From contig CAVVZB010000001.1 of NCBI GenBank assembly GCA_963752695.1, positions 430,989-494,988 of the forward strand: DNA of 64,000 nucleotides, given 5' to 3'. Below the pieces are notes generated by a model. That model did no database searches, was not told the DNA's origin, and worked only from the letters and a program-made list of their open reading frames with translations. Below, piece after piece: positions 18,498 to 27,963 of the stretch. The translations under genes were made by a program, and so were the position numbers. How positions within the stretch are numbered: the first letter of the stretch is position 1; the number at the start of each line of letters is the position of its first letter. The DNA comes from Bryobacterales bacterium (GTDB lineage: Bacteria > Acidobacteriota > Terriglobia > Bryobacterales > Bryobacteraceae).

Positions 18498-19505
18498 GTG
18501 AATACATCGGCGAACGGCAAGCGCATCGTGGTAACAGGTGGAGCCGGTTACATCGGGAGCCATACCGTTCTGCAACTCATCGAGCACGGCTACGACGTCG
18601 TTATAATCGACGATCTCTCCCATGGCTATCGCCACAACGTGGAACCGGGCAGGCTGCGCGAAATTCATTTACGCGATACTTCCGCCGTCGCAAGCGTGCT
18701 TGCTGAGAGCCCGTGTGAAGCGGTCATTCACTTTGCGGCTTTTATCTCGGTTGGCGAGTCGATGAAAGACCCTGGTATGTACTTCGAAAATAATGTGGGC
18801 GGTTCGCTCTCGCTCCTGCAGGCCATGATCAAGTCCGGCGTGCGGCGCCTGGTGTTCTCGTCCACCGCCGCCGTCTACGGCATGCCCCAGTCCAACCCAA
18901 TCAGCGAAAAGTCCCCCTATGCGCCCGTTAACGTCTACGGCCAGTCAAAAGTGATGGTGGAAGAGATTTTGGGTTGGTACGACTCCATTCATCAGCTGAA
19001 GAGCGTCTGCCTCCGATACTTCAATGCTTCCGGTGCCGATCCGGAGGGGCGTCGCGGCGAAGAGCATCAGCCCGAGTCCCACCTGATCCCGCTGCTATTC
19101 CGCGCCATCGAATCCGGAAAGCCGGTCACCCTTTTCGGCGATGACTACCCAACGCCGGATGGGACTTGTATTCGTGACTATATCCATGTGAGCGATCTCG
19201 CAACAGCTCACCTTCTCGCGCTCGATCACCTGACTAAAAGTGGCGATTCCGATAGGTTCAACGTTGGTGTTGGTAAAGGATTTTCCGTGAGACAGGTAGT
19301 AGATTCGGTGGAACGGGTCACCGGACGTAAAGTCCCGTACAATTTCGGGCCGCGCCGGGACGGCGACCCAGCCGAGTTGGTAGCCGATTCAAGTCGCTTG
19401 CAACAAACTTTCGGATGGAAACCGCGGTTTGCCGAGCTAGACTCGATCGTCAAGACGGCCTGGGATTTTGAGCAAGCGCGTATTTCCAGGAATTTAACCG
19501 CGTGA
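18498..19505 (+). CDS. galE: UDP-glucose 4-epimerase
   Basis: TGGAGYIGSH, FSSTAAVYG, YGQSK, LRYFNASG, GTCIRDYIHV. Confidence 0.95.
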   Translation: MNTSANGKRIVVTGGAGYIGSHTVLQLIEHGYDVVIIDDLSHGYRHNVEPGRLREIHLRDTSAVASVLAESPCEAVIHFAAFISVGESMKDPGMYFENNVGGSLSLLQAMIKSGVRRLVFSSTAAVYGMPQSNPISEKSPYAPVNVYGQSKVMVEEILGWYDSIHQLKSVCLRYFNASGADPEGRRGEEHQPESHLIPLLFRAIESGKPVTLFGDDYPTPDGTCIRDYIHVSDLATAHLLALDHLTKSGDSDRFNVGVGKGFSVRQVVDSVERVTGRKVPYNFGPRRDGDPAELVADSSRLQQTFGWKPRFAELDSIVKTAWDFEQARISRNLTA

Positions 19506-20006
19506 TTACTTGCGTTCCCAGATCAGCGTTGCTACGTTGCTCCCGTTCGGGCTTTTCAATTTGATGTTTTCCGTCGCCACTTTCCTATCCCCGGAGATCT
19601 TCACGTTGAGAAGCTCATCGTAAGCTCCGTCTTTGGATTTCCGCTCGCTTTCCAAGATATTGCCGTTCCATCGGCTGGTCGCGACGATTTTGCCATCCGA
19701 GCCTTGCGACCGCTCTTTTCCGTCCAAATACCAATCGCCTTCCACGGCGTCCGGACCACCCGACTGATCGTAAGTAGTCTGAACAGAGTGCAGCGTCGAT
19801 CCGCGCCGGCTCACCTGCAACGTCATTCGAGTCGGAACTGGCATCTTCCCGAAGCGCGATTTCTCGAGATTAACCTCCCAATTCCCAGTGAGGTCCGGAT
19901 GGCCATCTTTACCGTTCCCACCATCTCGCCCAGTCGCTAACAAGCCGAGAGCGATCACAACCGTAAGAACAATCAGAATAGGCGCATCTCGCTTCATACC
20001 CGGCAT
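19506..20006 (-). CDS. Exported hypothetical protein (small beta-barrel-like)
   Basis: N-terminal TM/signal; DLTGNWEVNLEKS start of a beta-rich domain. Confidence 0.65.
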   Translation of the reverse strand: MPGMKRDAPILIVLTVVIALGLLATGRDGGNGKDGHPDLTGNWEVNLEKSRFGKMPVPTRMTLQVSRRGSTLHSVQTTYDQSGGPDAVEGDWYLDGKERSQGSDGKIVATSRWNGNILESERKSKDGAYDELLNVKISGDRKVATENIKLKSPNGSNVATLIWERK

Positions 20007-20057
20007 TTTGCATTTCTCTGGCCTAACCGCACGCGCGTGGCAAACAGAGTATTATGT

Positions 20058-20259
20058 GGAAGGCGTCTGTCGAGCTTCTGCTGGCTCCTCATTTTTGATC
20101 CGATACTCAAAAATGCAGGGGGCTGACTCAAGTAGCGCTGGTGTGCTAGTCCCATCCGGGTAAAACCGGAGGGTGACTCCTAAAGGCGTTCGGTTGGCTT
20201 CCGCCCTTTTCAAAAAGGGGTCAAAACCGGGAGCTGGCACAGTTCGACAGACTCCTTCC
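20058..20259 (+). ncRNA. ssrS: 6S RNA
   Basis: About 200-nt intergenic rod. 20058-20076 pairs with 20241-20259 (17 Watson-Crick, 1 G-U, 1 mismatch); inner stems TGCTGGCTCC/GGAGCTGGCA and TTTTGATCC/GGGTCAAAA; A-rich central bubble with a 3' mini-hairpin; terminal TCCGG/CCGGA loop; TATTAT -10 box at 20050-20055. G-U pairs favour the + strand. Confidence 0.8.
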
Positions 20260-20274
20260 TCTTGCTCGAAGTCA

Positions 20275-23034
20275 TCAATTCAGCGTTCGGGTTGCTCCCG
20301 GGCTGCTGGAATTCTCTTTTAAAACTCGGTAGTAAAGCGGCCCGAGTTGCGGGTCTCGGAACACCTTGCAAGTCTTGGTACAAGCCACGGTAGCGCCGCT
20401 GTCCACGTTTTCCTGGTAAAGATAGCCGTATCGGATTCCGGCGACTTGGCCGTCCGACGGTTGAAGAGGAATATTCACTGTTTGGAGCGGCATCGCACTG
20501 GCTTGGTTCGGGATTATATAAACCACCGACTCGCCGGCCTCTAGGTCAATTTTGTCGATCGTCTGAGCGCGCGGGAGTAGATCCGTCCCGATCGATGAAG
20601 CTCGCAACCGATAGCGGGCCACGCTGCCGGCGCCGCCGAACGGTCGCAAATCGACTGGGATGGAACGCGTCCAATCATTTCCGTTCACCACCAAAAGCAT
20701 CAATCCGGCCGCGCTCTGCCGTACCGCCGTGACGATATTCCGGCCGTACGCCGGGGAACTCCGCGCCGCGCCGAGTAGATACGGTTCTAGTACGTGTGTC
20801 AGCAGATTCGCCGAAGACCCCATGGCTTTCCACGAGTCTGATTGCAAATTGGACGGATTCGACCCGGTTTGCATATAAGTTCCGGGCGCGGCTTGAGCTC
20901 GAAAAGCCAGGTCGGACGGCGGCTCGAAGTAGTAAAGCCGGATGCCAGCGCCCCCGAGGGCCGCAGACGTCATCATTAAGGCGCTGACATGCGAGGGATT
21001 GACTCCCGGTTGGTCCAAGGAATCGACACCGGGCTCGTACGTCGAGCCTGTCCGATTCTGCTTGGTATACGACGGACCGGATAGACTCACCAGCATCAAT
21101 TGCGGTCGATCGAGCATGAGGTACGGTTCCCGGCTGTTGAACTCGGATTCAACTGAAGACACCATTTCCTGAATTCCCTCGGACCATGGATAAGTTGCCC
21201 TCGTCTTCAGTGATGTGAAGTACTGCGACGCGTAGTCGCTCACGCTACCCGGGCCCATCCACGCTCCATGCACGGTGGCAGGACTGGTAGCAAGCGGTGG
21301 AAATGCAATCGGGGTACTCGAAGGCGTCGCCGTCATCCAGCTGCGCATGACCGCAAGCGCGTTATTCGGGACGACTGGGTTACAGGGCGAGCCTTTGCAG
21401 TAATTGCCTGCAAACCAGAGATACTCTATCCCCGGATCGGTCGCGGCGGAGAACGATCCAGAGACGGGGCCGGAGGCGGAGAACTGAAATCCGTCACCTG
21501 TGCCGCCCGTGGCCGTGAACAACGAACCGGCTCTGCTGTTTAAGGCTGCGGTACTGGAGCCGCGCAATGCAAAGGGCCATCCATTTGGCAATGGGTTCTG
21601 GAGCCATTCGACCGCGCACGAGCCTGCGGTGCACTCAATCTTGTTAAACAAGTAATCGGCTTGCCCGATGTTTCCCTTCGGCACTGGCCGGTCGCCCCAG
21701 ATTGAACTCGCCTCGTCAATGGCTTCGATCCCGATCCCCACTCCCGTGGAGGCCAGCGCACCCACGGCGTACTTCACGGCCTGCTTTCCGTTAGGCCAGT
21801 TGAGTGTATACCAGGCATCCGTGCCGATGTTTCGGAAGATATCGTCACCGGTGAGGAGCAGATGAAAGCCGTTCTGCTTCGCCCACGTCATTCGCGGGAC
21901 GACGTTCTGATCGAATCCAGCTTTCCAGTCCGTAAACGCCGTCGCCGTGTTTCGCGGATTGGAATACACGCCAAAACTCAATGTGTTCACACCCGCTAGG
22001 GTGGCGCTCTCCAGAAGCCCGGAGTTTTGAGCTATGCTTGGCGGGTCAAGAAAGAACGGCGCAATCACGAACAGGCTTTTCCCCGCCTGGTAAGCCCGCG
22101 TCATCGTTCCGTCCCCCAGGAAATGAGGCACTCCCGCAACGTTATCAACTTGTACCCGGGACGTGCAGCTCCGTGACCCATCGGTCACCGTGACTAAGGC
22201 GAAACCCTTCTGCCCGGCCGTGACAATTCCGTTCGCGTCCACCGACGCAACTACCGGATCACTAGTCTGGTAGGAGACGTGACCGCACGCGCTGCTTACC
22301 CCGTCGGTATAAAGCTGGGTACATCCCACTGGCGCCTCCTGCCCCGGACTTAAGTAGAGGCTCTGCATTCCGGTGATGACATCCATCACCGCGTGACCAT
22401 TGTTGAAAGAGACCAGACGGTTCACCATGCCACGCCAATTTACCCATTGAGGCTGTGCCGGACCCGTGCGCGAATTCATCGAAATGTGCAATTCGTGCGG
22501 GCCATTGGAGAACCGCGTGGTATCCAGCGAAAACGTCACGTTTAAGGGACTCTTCCAGGTGTTGTCTGTCCAGACTGTCGATTGTTCTTCCCCGTCGATG
22601 TTCAACATCCAAACGGCAGGAAATGCAAGCGCGTCAGCCCCCGTCACCATCACCGAGACTGTGCCAGACAAGGGCTGATTCAGATCCGGGGCCGTCACCT
22701 TCAGATATGCTTGCCGATTTGAGATAGTCACCTCGCACGCCGCCGCTTCAACCTGATTCCCGAGAGCATCGAACCCGCGCGCCTGGATGTCCGAAACTCC
22801 GTCCATCGCTTCCGCCGTATTCCAATTCGCCGTAAATGGAGGGCGGGAAGCAACGCCTATTCGATTAGAACCAATCGCAAATTCCACCCGCGCAAGTGAT
22901 CCGGAGTTGGCCATCACCGTTAGTGCGGCCGTTCCCGAAATCTGCCCACCGCAAGCCGGGGCACTAAAGCTCATCGAGGCCCATAAGGATGCCCCTGCCA
23001 GACTCAGGAGCAGACCCGCACGCATAATCCACAT
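20275..23034 (-). CDS. Secreted multi-Ig-domain protein with a putative glycoside-hydrolase-like barrel
   Basis: Signal peptide; two bacterial Ig-like domains and a Big_2-like segment (VSYQTSDPVVASVDANGIVTA); central domain with GIEAIDEA; C-terminal beta-sandwich. Confidence 0.65.
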   Translation of the reverse strand: MWIMRAGLLLSLAGASLWASMSFSAPACGGQISGTAALTVMANSGSLARVEFAIGSNRIGVASRPPFTANWNTAEAMDGVSDIQARGFDALGNQVEAAACEVTISNRQAYLKVTAPDLNQPLSGTVSVMVTGADALAFPAVWMLNIDGEEQSTVWTDNTWKSPLNVTFSLDTTRFSNGPHELHISMNSRTGPAQPQWVNWRGMVNRLVSFNNGHAVMDVITGMQSLYLSPGQEAPVGCTQLYTDGVSSACGHVSYQTSDPVVASVDANGIVTAGQKGFALVTVTDGSRSCTSRVQVDNVAGVPHFLGDGTMTRAYQAGKSLFVIAPFFLDPPSIAQNSGLLESATLAGVNTLSFGVYSNPRNTATAFTDWKAGFDQNVVPRMTWAKQNGFHLLLTGDDIFRNIGTDAWYTLNWPNGKQAVKYAVGALASTGVGIGIEAIDEASSIWGDRPVPKGNIGQADYLFNKIECTAGSCAVEWLQNPLPNGWPFALRGSSTAALNSRAGSLFTATGGTGDGFQFSASGPVSGSFSAATDPGIEYLWFAGNYCKGSPCNPVVPNNALAVMRSWMTATPSSTPIAFPPLATSPATVHGAWMGPGSVSDYASQYFTSLKTRATYPWSEGIQEMVSSVESEFNSREPYLMLDRPQLMLVSLSGPSYTKQNRTGSTYEPGVDSLDQPGVNPSHVSALMMTSAALGGAGIRLYYFEPPSDLAFRAQAAPGTYMQTGSNPSNLQSDSWKAMGSSANLLTHVLEPYLLGAARSSPAYGRNIVTAVRQSAAGLMLLVVNGNDWTRSIPVDLRPFGGAGSVARYRLRASSIGTDLLPRAQTIDKIDLEAGESVVYIIPNQASAMPLQTVNIPLQPSDGQVAGIRYGYLYQENVDSGATVACTKTCKVFRDPQLGPLYYRVLKENSSSPGATRTLN

Positions 23035-23083
23035 CTGGGTGGCTTTCGGCAGATTTCCGGAACTTCTTTAGATCGCACTCCGC

Positions 23084-25183
23084 TTATTGCAAAATCTTCC
23101 AGAGATTGCTGAAATCGTCAGTCCAGGGCCGTAATCCGGGCCGGTCATCAATAGGCGACTCAGCCTCGGCCATCCACGGAAATCGCTTCAGTTCGTCGGC
23201 GCCCACCAGCACCCAATCAGAAGCGAAAGTTCGCGTCGGATCCTCACGCAGACTTTCGATCAAATGCGCTTCCCGTCCGGCCTCGACCGCCAACAGCTGC
23301 ACAGGAGTGGAAAGATCCAAATACTTGTTCGACGTGTGAATTGCCAAAATGCCGCCGGGGCGCAACTGCCGGAAATACACGCGGAACGCCTCACGAGTCA
23401 AAAGGTGAATCGGGATCGAGTCCCCCGAAAAAGCATCAACCGCGATAACGTTAAATTGCTGATTTTGCTCCCGTTCCATGGCCAGGCGTGCATCCCCTAA
23501 AGCGACCTCGACGTGGCCCGGACAATCTCGTAAATAGGTGAATTCCGATTGGGCCAGCCGCAAGACCAGCGGGTTAATTTCATAGAAGCGGATCGAGTCT
23601 CCCAGCCGCGCCCAGGTCGCCATCGTCCCCGTTCCGAGCCCAACCACGCCGATACTTACAGGCCCGCGTTTTTGTAGATCCTGCATTAGAAGACCGATCC
23701 CGGTTTTCGGCGCGTAGTACGTGATCGGTAATCGCCGTCGCACAGGATCCAGATACTGTTCGCCATGGTTGATCGTGCCGTGAGCTAGTTCTTTCAGGCC
23801 GAGGTCGTCATCCACGGTGACCCGCAAAGCGCCATAGAAATTGCGCACCAACAAGTCCGCGTCGCTCAGGAACTCCGCTTGCTGCTTGCCCAGGCAAATA
23901 GCCATCCCGAGAGTCGCGACAATCCCCAGCGCCCACGCAGCCCAAGTCATTTTGCCCGCCCCCCTGGCCTGCTTCACTAAAATCGACAGCACTGTTAAGG
24001 GGGTCAGAACCAGTAGAATCGGAAACTCCAGAAGTGCTGGAAAAACGGTCGGCGCAAACGCGGCGACGAAGAGCCCTCCGCATGCTCCGCCTAGCGCAAC
24101 CATCAAGTAGAAGCCGGTCAAGAATTCCTTCGCCGGCCGTCTTTTCACCAGCTCACCGTGACAGACCATGCAGCACGTGAACAGACCTAAGGTGAACAGC
24201 GGAATCAACAGCCGAATCTCGCGAATCTGCACCTGGCGAGCTAACGCGTATGCCATCGCCCCAATCGCAATCGTAAACAGTGGGAGCCAAATTCTTCGGC
24301 GATACCACCGCGAACTCTCGAAGGTGAGTATGAAACTCAGCAGATACAGACTTAATGGCAGTACCCAGAGAAAAGGAATCGCGGCGATATTTTGAGTAAT
24401 GTGGTTGCTGATCGCGAGCAGCAGCCCCGACGCGCACCCGGAAAGAATCAGCCATGCCAGCCGCGTTCCCCAGTCCGGCGCTATCGCCGGTTCTCGGGTG
24501 TTTTCCAGGTCTGGCGCAGCCGGCCAATCCGCGTCGCGCGCGAGCCACATACATAGGCCGGCGAAGATTGCATAACCCGCCGACCACATCCAAGCTTGGT
24601 TCCGCAGTGAAAGCGCCGGTTCAATCACGAAGGGATAGCTGAGCAGCGCCAGCATCGACCCTAAGTTCGACAGGGCGAAAAACCGGTACGGCAGTCCCGT
24701 GGTGCGCGTCCGCCCGTACCAGGTCTGCAGCAACGGACTTGTCGCCGCCATGAGGAAGTAAGGTGCTCCCGCGACGACCGTCAGAAGCTCGAGAATTCGA
24801 ATCAGTGGCAGTGATCCATCGAGCGGCTTCCACCTGACCGAGGGAATGATCGGCAAAGCGAGTAAGCTCACCAGAAGCAACGCGCGATGCACCCATTTCG
24901 CCCGCGCGCCACTCTGTCCGCCGCCCAGCCAGTGCGCGTAGCCGTAACCCGCCAGCAGAGCCAGTTGGAAAAAGAGCATGCAGGAGGTCCAGACCGCGGC
25001 AGACCCACCGAACCAAGGCAAAATCTCTTTGGCAACCAGCGGTTGCATCTGGAACAACAAGAACGCGCTTAGAAATATTGTTAACGCATAAACCGCTGCA
25101 GGAGCGCCCGCCCTAGTTGTAGGCGGCGACGCCCGTGACGCGTTCCCCGATAACCAGGGCGTGGATGTGGTCGGTTCCCTCAT
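23084..25183 (-). CDS. Fused membrane domain / spermidine-synthase-like SAM-dependent protein
   Basis: TIFLSAFLLFQMQP start of a multi-TM region; GTINHGEQ, VVGLGTGT, GDAR, VDAFSGDSIP; start uncertain. Confidence 0.85.
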   Translation of the reverse strand: MREPTTSTPWLSGNASRASPPTTRAGAPAAVYALTIFLSAFLLFQMQPLVAKEILPWFGGSAAVWTSCMLFFQLALLAGYGYAHWLGGGQSGARAKWVHRALLLVSLLALPIIPSVRWKPLDGSLPLIRILELLTVVAGAPYFLMAATSPLLQTWYGRTRTTGLPYRFFALSNLGSMLALLSYPFVIEPALSLRNQAWMWSAGYAIFAGLCMWLARDADWPAAPDLENTREPAIAPDWGTRLAWLILSGCASGLLLAISNHITQNIAAIPFLWVLPLSLYLLSFILTFESSRWYRRRIWLPLFTIAIGAMAYALARQVQIREIRLLIPLFTLGLFTCCMVCHGELVKRRPAKEFLTGFYLMVALGGACGGLFVAAFAPTVFPALLEFPILLVLTPLTVLSILVKQARGAGKMTWAAWALGIVATLGMAICLGKQQAEFLSDADLLVRNFYGALRVTVDDDLGLKELAHGTINHGEQYLDPVRRRLPITYYAPKTGIGLLMQDLQKRGPVSIGVVGLGTGTMATWARLGDSIRFYEINPLVLRLAQSEFTYLRDCPGHVEVALGDARLAMEREQNQQFNVIAVDAFSGDSIPIHLLTREAFRVYFRQLRPGGILAIHTSNKYLDLSTPVQLLAVEAGREAHLIESLREDPTRTFASDWVLVGADELKRFPWMAEAESPIDDRPGLRPWTDDFSNLWKILQ

Positions 25184-26282
25184 ACGTCTTTACGGTTTCG
25201 AGGTTGCATAGATGGCGCATAACAGGATACTCCTCGGTGATCCCGTTGGCGCCGAGCAAATCGCGCGCGTCGCGGGCCGCGTCTAGTGCGATTGCAACGT
25301 TATTGCGCTTCAGCATGGAAATGTGTGCCGGTTCCAGCAAACCTTGATCCTTCAACCGCCCGCAATGCAGCGCCAGCAGTTGCGCCTTTGTAATCTCTGT
25401 AATCATGCGCGCCAGCTTCTCTTGCACCAGTTGATGGGACGCTAACGGCTTATCTGCGAACTGCTTTCGCGTGACTACGTATTCACGGGCCGTCTCAAAG
25501 CAGTCCATGGCGGCACCCAGCACGCCCCACCCAATTCCATACCGCGCTTGCGACAGGCACGAAAGCGGACCCTTCAATCCCCGAACCTCAGGAAGCATAT
25601 TGCAGCACGGGACGCGGCAATCGGAAAATGCGAGGCTGGAAGTCACCGAGGCCCGCATCGACCACTTTCCGTGTATGTCGGAGGTCGAATAACCGCGAGT
25701 TCCTTTCTCCACCAGAAACCCGCGCACGCCATCGTGGGTTTTCGCCCAGACTATGGCCACATTCGCCAGACTCCCGTTTGTGATCCAGGTCTTTTCTCCA
25801 TTGAGTACCCAATCCTGTCCGTCACGGACCGCGTTTGTGCGCATCCCGCCGGGGTTTGACCCGAAGTCCGGCTCGGTCAGCCCGAAGCACCCAATAGCCT
25901 CGCCCGATTGCATTTGCGGAAGCCATCTGTGTTTTTGCTCGTCGGAGCCGAACTTCCAGATCGGATACATGCAAAGCGCGCCCTGCACCGAAACGAAACT
26001 GCGTAGGCCCGAATCGCCGCGCTCGATTTCCTGCATGACTAGCCCGTACTCCACGTTGCTCATCTCCGCGCAGTTGTATCCGGTCAAATTTGCGCCAAAA
26101 AATCCAAGGCGCCCCATTTCCCGGATCAGAGATGTCGGAAAGGTAGCATTCCGGTAAGAATCGTTGATCAGAGGCATTACCGCTGAATCGACGAAGTCCC
26201 GCGTAGTCTGGCGTACCATCTTCTCCTGTTCATCAAATTGCGAATCGATTCGAAGATAGTCCGTAAACCCTTTTGTCATCAT
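25113..26282 (-). CDS. Acyl-CoA dehydrogenase, glutaryl-CoA dehydrogenase-like
   Basis: CFGLTEPDFGSNP, LNGEKTWITNG, RKQF, YEGTDHIH. Confidence 0.9.
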   Translation of the reverse strand: MMTKGFTDYLRIDSQFDEQEKMVRQTTRDFVDSAVMPLINDSYRNATFPTSLIREMGRLGFFGANLTGYNCAEMSNVEYGLVMQEIERGDSGLRSFVSVQGALCMYPIWKFGSDEQKHRWLPQMQSGEAIGCFGLTEPDFGSNPGGMRTNAVRDGQDWVLNGEKTWITNGSLANVAIVWAKTHDGVRGFLVEKGTRGYSTSDIHGKWSMRASVTSSLAFSDCRVPCCNMLPEVRGLKGPLSCLSQARYGIGWGVLGAAMDCFETAREYVVTRKQFADKPLASHQLVQEKLARMITEITKAQLLALHCGRLKDQGLLEPAHISMLKRNNVAIALDAARDARDLLGANGITEEYPVMRHLCNLETVKTYEGTDHIHALVIGERVTGVAAYN

Positions 26283-26433
26283 GCAAATACTCTCGGTTCA
26301 TCGTATCAGCCAGTGGGATGGGGGCATGTGGCTAAAGCTACGGAACCTGGCGTGCATAATTTCTTAAAAAGGCCAAACTCCGCCTATACTTGAAAGAAGA
26401 ACCTGCCGATACTGGCTTTAGGTTGAAACGAAG

Positions 26434-27945
26434 GTGCCCGTGATGGACATGAAAGCTATAGCTAGTTCCCTGCTTTGGTTGGGCGGGATTGCTTTTGTCC
26501 TATCGGTCATTCTTACGCCAATCATGCGCGATATCTTCCGCTCCTATGGCGTGGTGGATTTGCCTGATCAGGGCCGTAAAGCTCATAAATACCCTATCCC
26601 GCGAGTGGGTGGCATCGCCATAGCGATTGCTTACACTCTGGCCTTTGTGTTTGCGCCAGCGCCCGAAGGCTCGCTGCTTCACGAAAATTTATACCTTGTC
26701 TGGCGATTGCTGCCGGCGGCTGGGGTGATCTTTGCTACAGGTATCATTGATGACCTATTCGGACTAAAGCCGTGGCAAAAGCTCATCGGCCAGTTCGGCG
26801 GTGCGACCTTGGCCTACTTCGCCGGTATCCGGGTCTTGATCGTAGTGGGCGTGGCGACCGAAGATTGGTGGAGCTATCCGGCAACTATCCTCTGGTTACT
26901 GGTTTGCACAAATGCTTTTAACCTGGTTGACGGAATGGACGGACTAGCTGGTGGGATCGGGCTTTTCTCGACGCTGACGATTTTCGTTGCGAGCCTGGTG
27001 CACCAGAGTCCCGCTCTGGCGCTTGCGACTGTTCCCCTGGCCGGCTGCTTACTAGGTTTCCTTTGTTATAACTTCAATCCGGCGACCATCTTTTTAGGTG
27101 ATTCGGGCAGTTTGTCCATTGGGTTTCTGCTTGGGTGCTTTGGCATCATATGGACACAAAAATCAGCGACTCTACTCGGAATGACGGCGCCTCTAATGGC
27201 GCTTTCCATCCCCTTGCTCGATACGTGTCTTTGCATCGTCCGCCGCGCGCTCAAGCGCCAGCCGATTTTCAGCCCTGACCGCGGACATATTCATCACAAG
27301 CTACTCGACCGCGGCCTCACGCCCCGGCGGGCAGTGCTAGTTGTCTACGCGGTTTGTAGCCTGGTCGCTTGCTTCTCGATTCTCCAAAGCACCGTTCGCA
27401 GCAATCGGATTAGCGGCGTAATCACCATCGTTTTCTGTGCAGTGGCGTGGCTCGGAATTCAATATCTTGGGTATGCAGAATTTTCGGTAGCCGGAAAGAT
27501 GCTCTTTAGCGGTGATTTCCAAAAGAGTCTGAAGGTCCAATTGGAACTGCATGCCTTCGAGCGCGAAATCGTTAAGGCCGAGACGTTGGAAGATTGTTGG
27601 CGCATTCTTCAGAGCACTGCCAAGAATTGCGGATTTCGATGTGAGCGCTTGCGCGTGGGAGATAGTAGTGTTTTTGAGTCATGCCTCGATTCACGATTGA
27701 CCGAAATGTCAGATCCGCCCGCGGAGTGGCGGTTACGAATTCCGATGCTCGATGGGGGTTACGTCGATCTCACCCGCCCTTTTAACACCGTGATCTCCGC
27801 GTCCGTCGTAGGCCCGTTTGTAGACGTCATCCGCGGAACGCTTGCGCCTACGTTAAAACGTGTGGCGGCAGAGGACCAGAAGCGCGTGGGACTAGGCTCG
27901 ATGGTTCCGGTTGCTGCGACAGGAAATCTTAAGGGCGCGTACTAA
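26434..27945 (+). CDS. wecA: Undecaprenyl-phosphate GlcNAc-1-phosphate transferase (MraY/WecA family) with C-terminal soluble extension
   Basis: PRVGG, GIIDD, NAFNLVDGMDGL, FLGDSGS, DRGHIHHKL. Confidence 0.85.
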   Translation: MPVMDMKAIASSLLWLGGIAFVLSVILTPIMRDIFRSYGVVDLPDQGRKAHKYPIPRVGGIAIAIAYTLAFVFAPAPEGSLLHENLYLVWRLLPAAGVIFATGIIDDLFGLKPWQKLIGQFGGATLAYFAGIRVLIVVGVATEDWWSYPATILWLLVCTNAFNLVDGMDGLAGGIGLFSTLTIFVASLVHQSPALALATVPLAGCLLGFLCYNFNPATIFLGDSGSLSIGFLLGCFGIIWTQKSATLLGMTAPLMALSIPLLDTCLCIVRRALKRQPIFSPDRGHIHHKLLDRGLTPRRAVLVVYAVCSLVACFSILQSTVRSNRISGVITIVFCAVAWLGIQYLGYAEFSVAGKMLFSGDFQKSLKVQLELHAFEREIVKAETLEDCWRILQSTAKNCGFRCERLRVGDSSVFESCLDSRLTEMSDPPAEWRLRIPMLDGGYVDLTRPFNTVISASVVGPFVDVIRGTLAPTLKRVAAEDQKRVGLGSMVPVAATGNLKGAY

Positions 27946-27963
27946 CTAAGAGACGGGCTAGCG

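Noticed and set aside
20052-20240. 62-aa minus-strand ORF; also considered tmRNA or tRNA-Sec
   Set aside because: The region folds as one long rod with a central bubble; it has no tRNA-like cloverleaf, CCA end or tag ORF.
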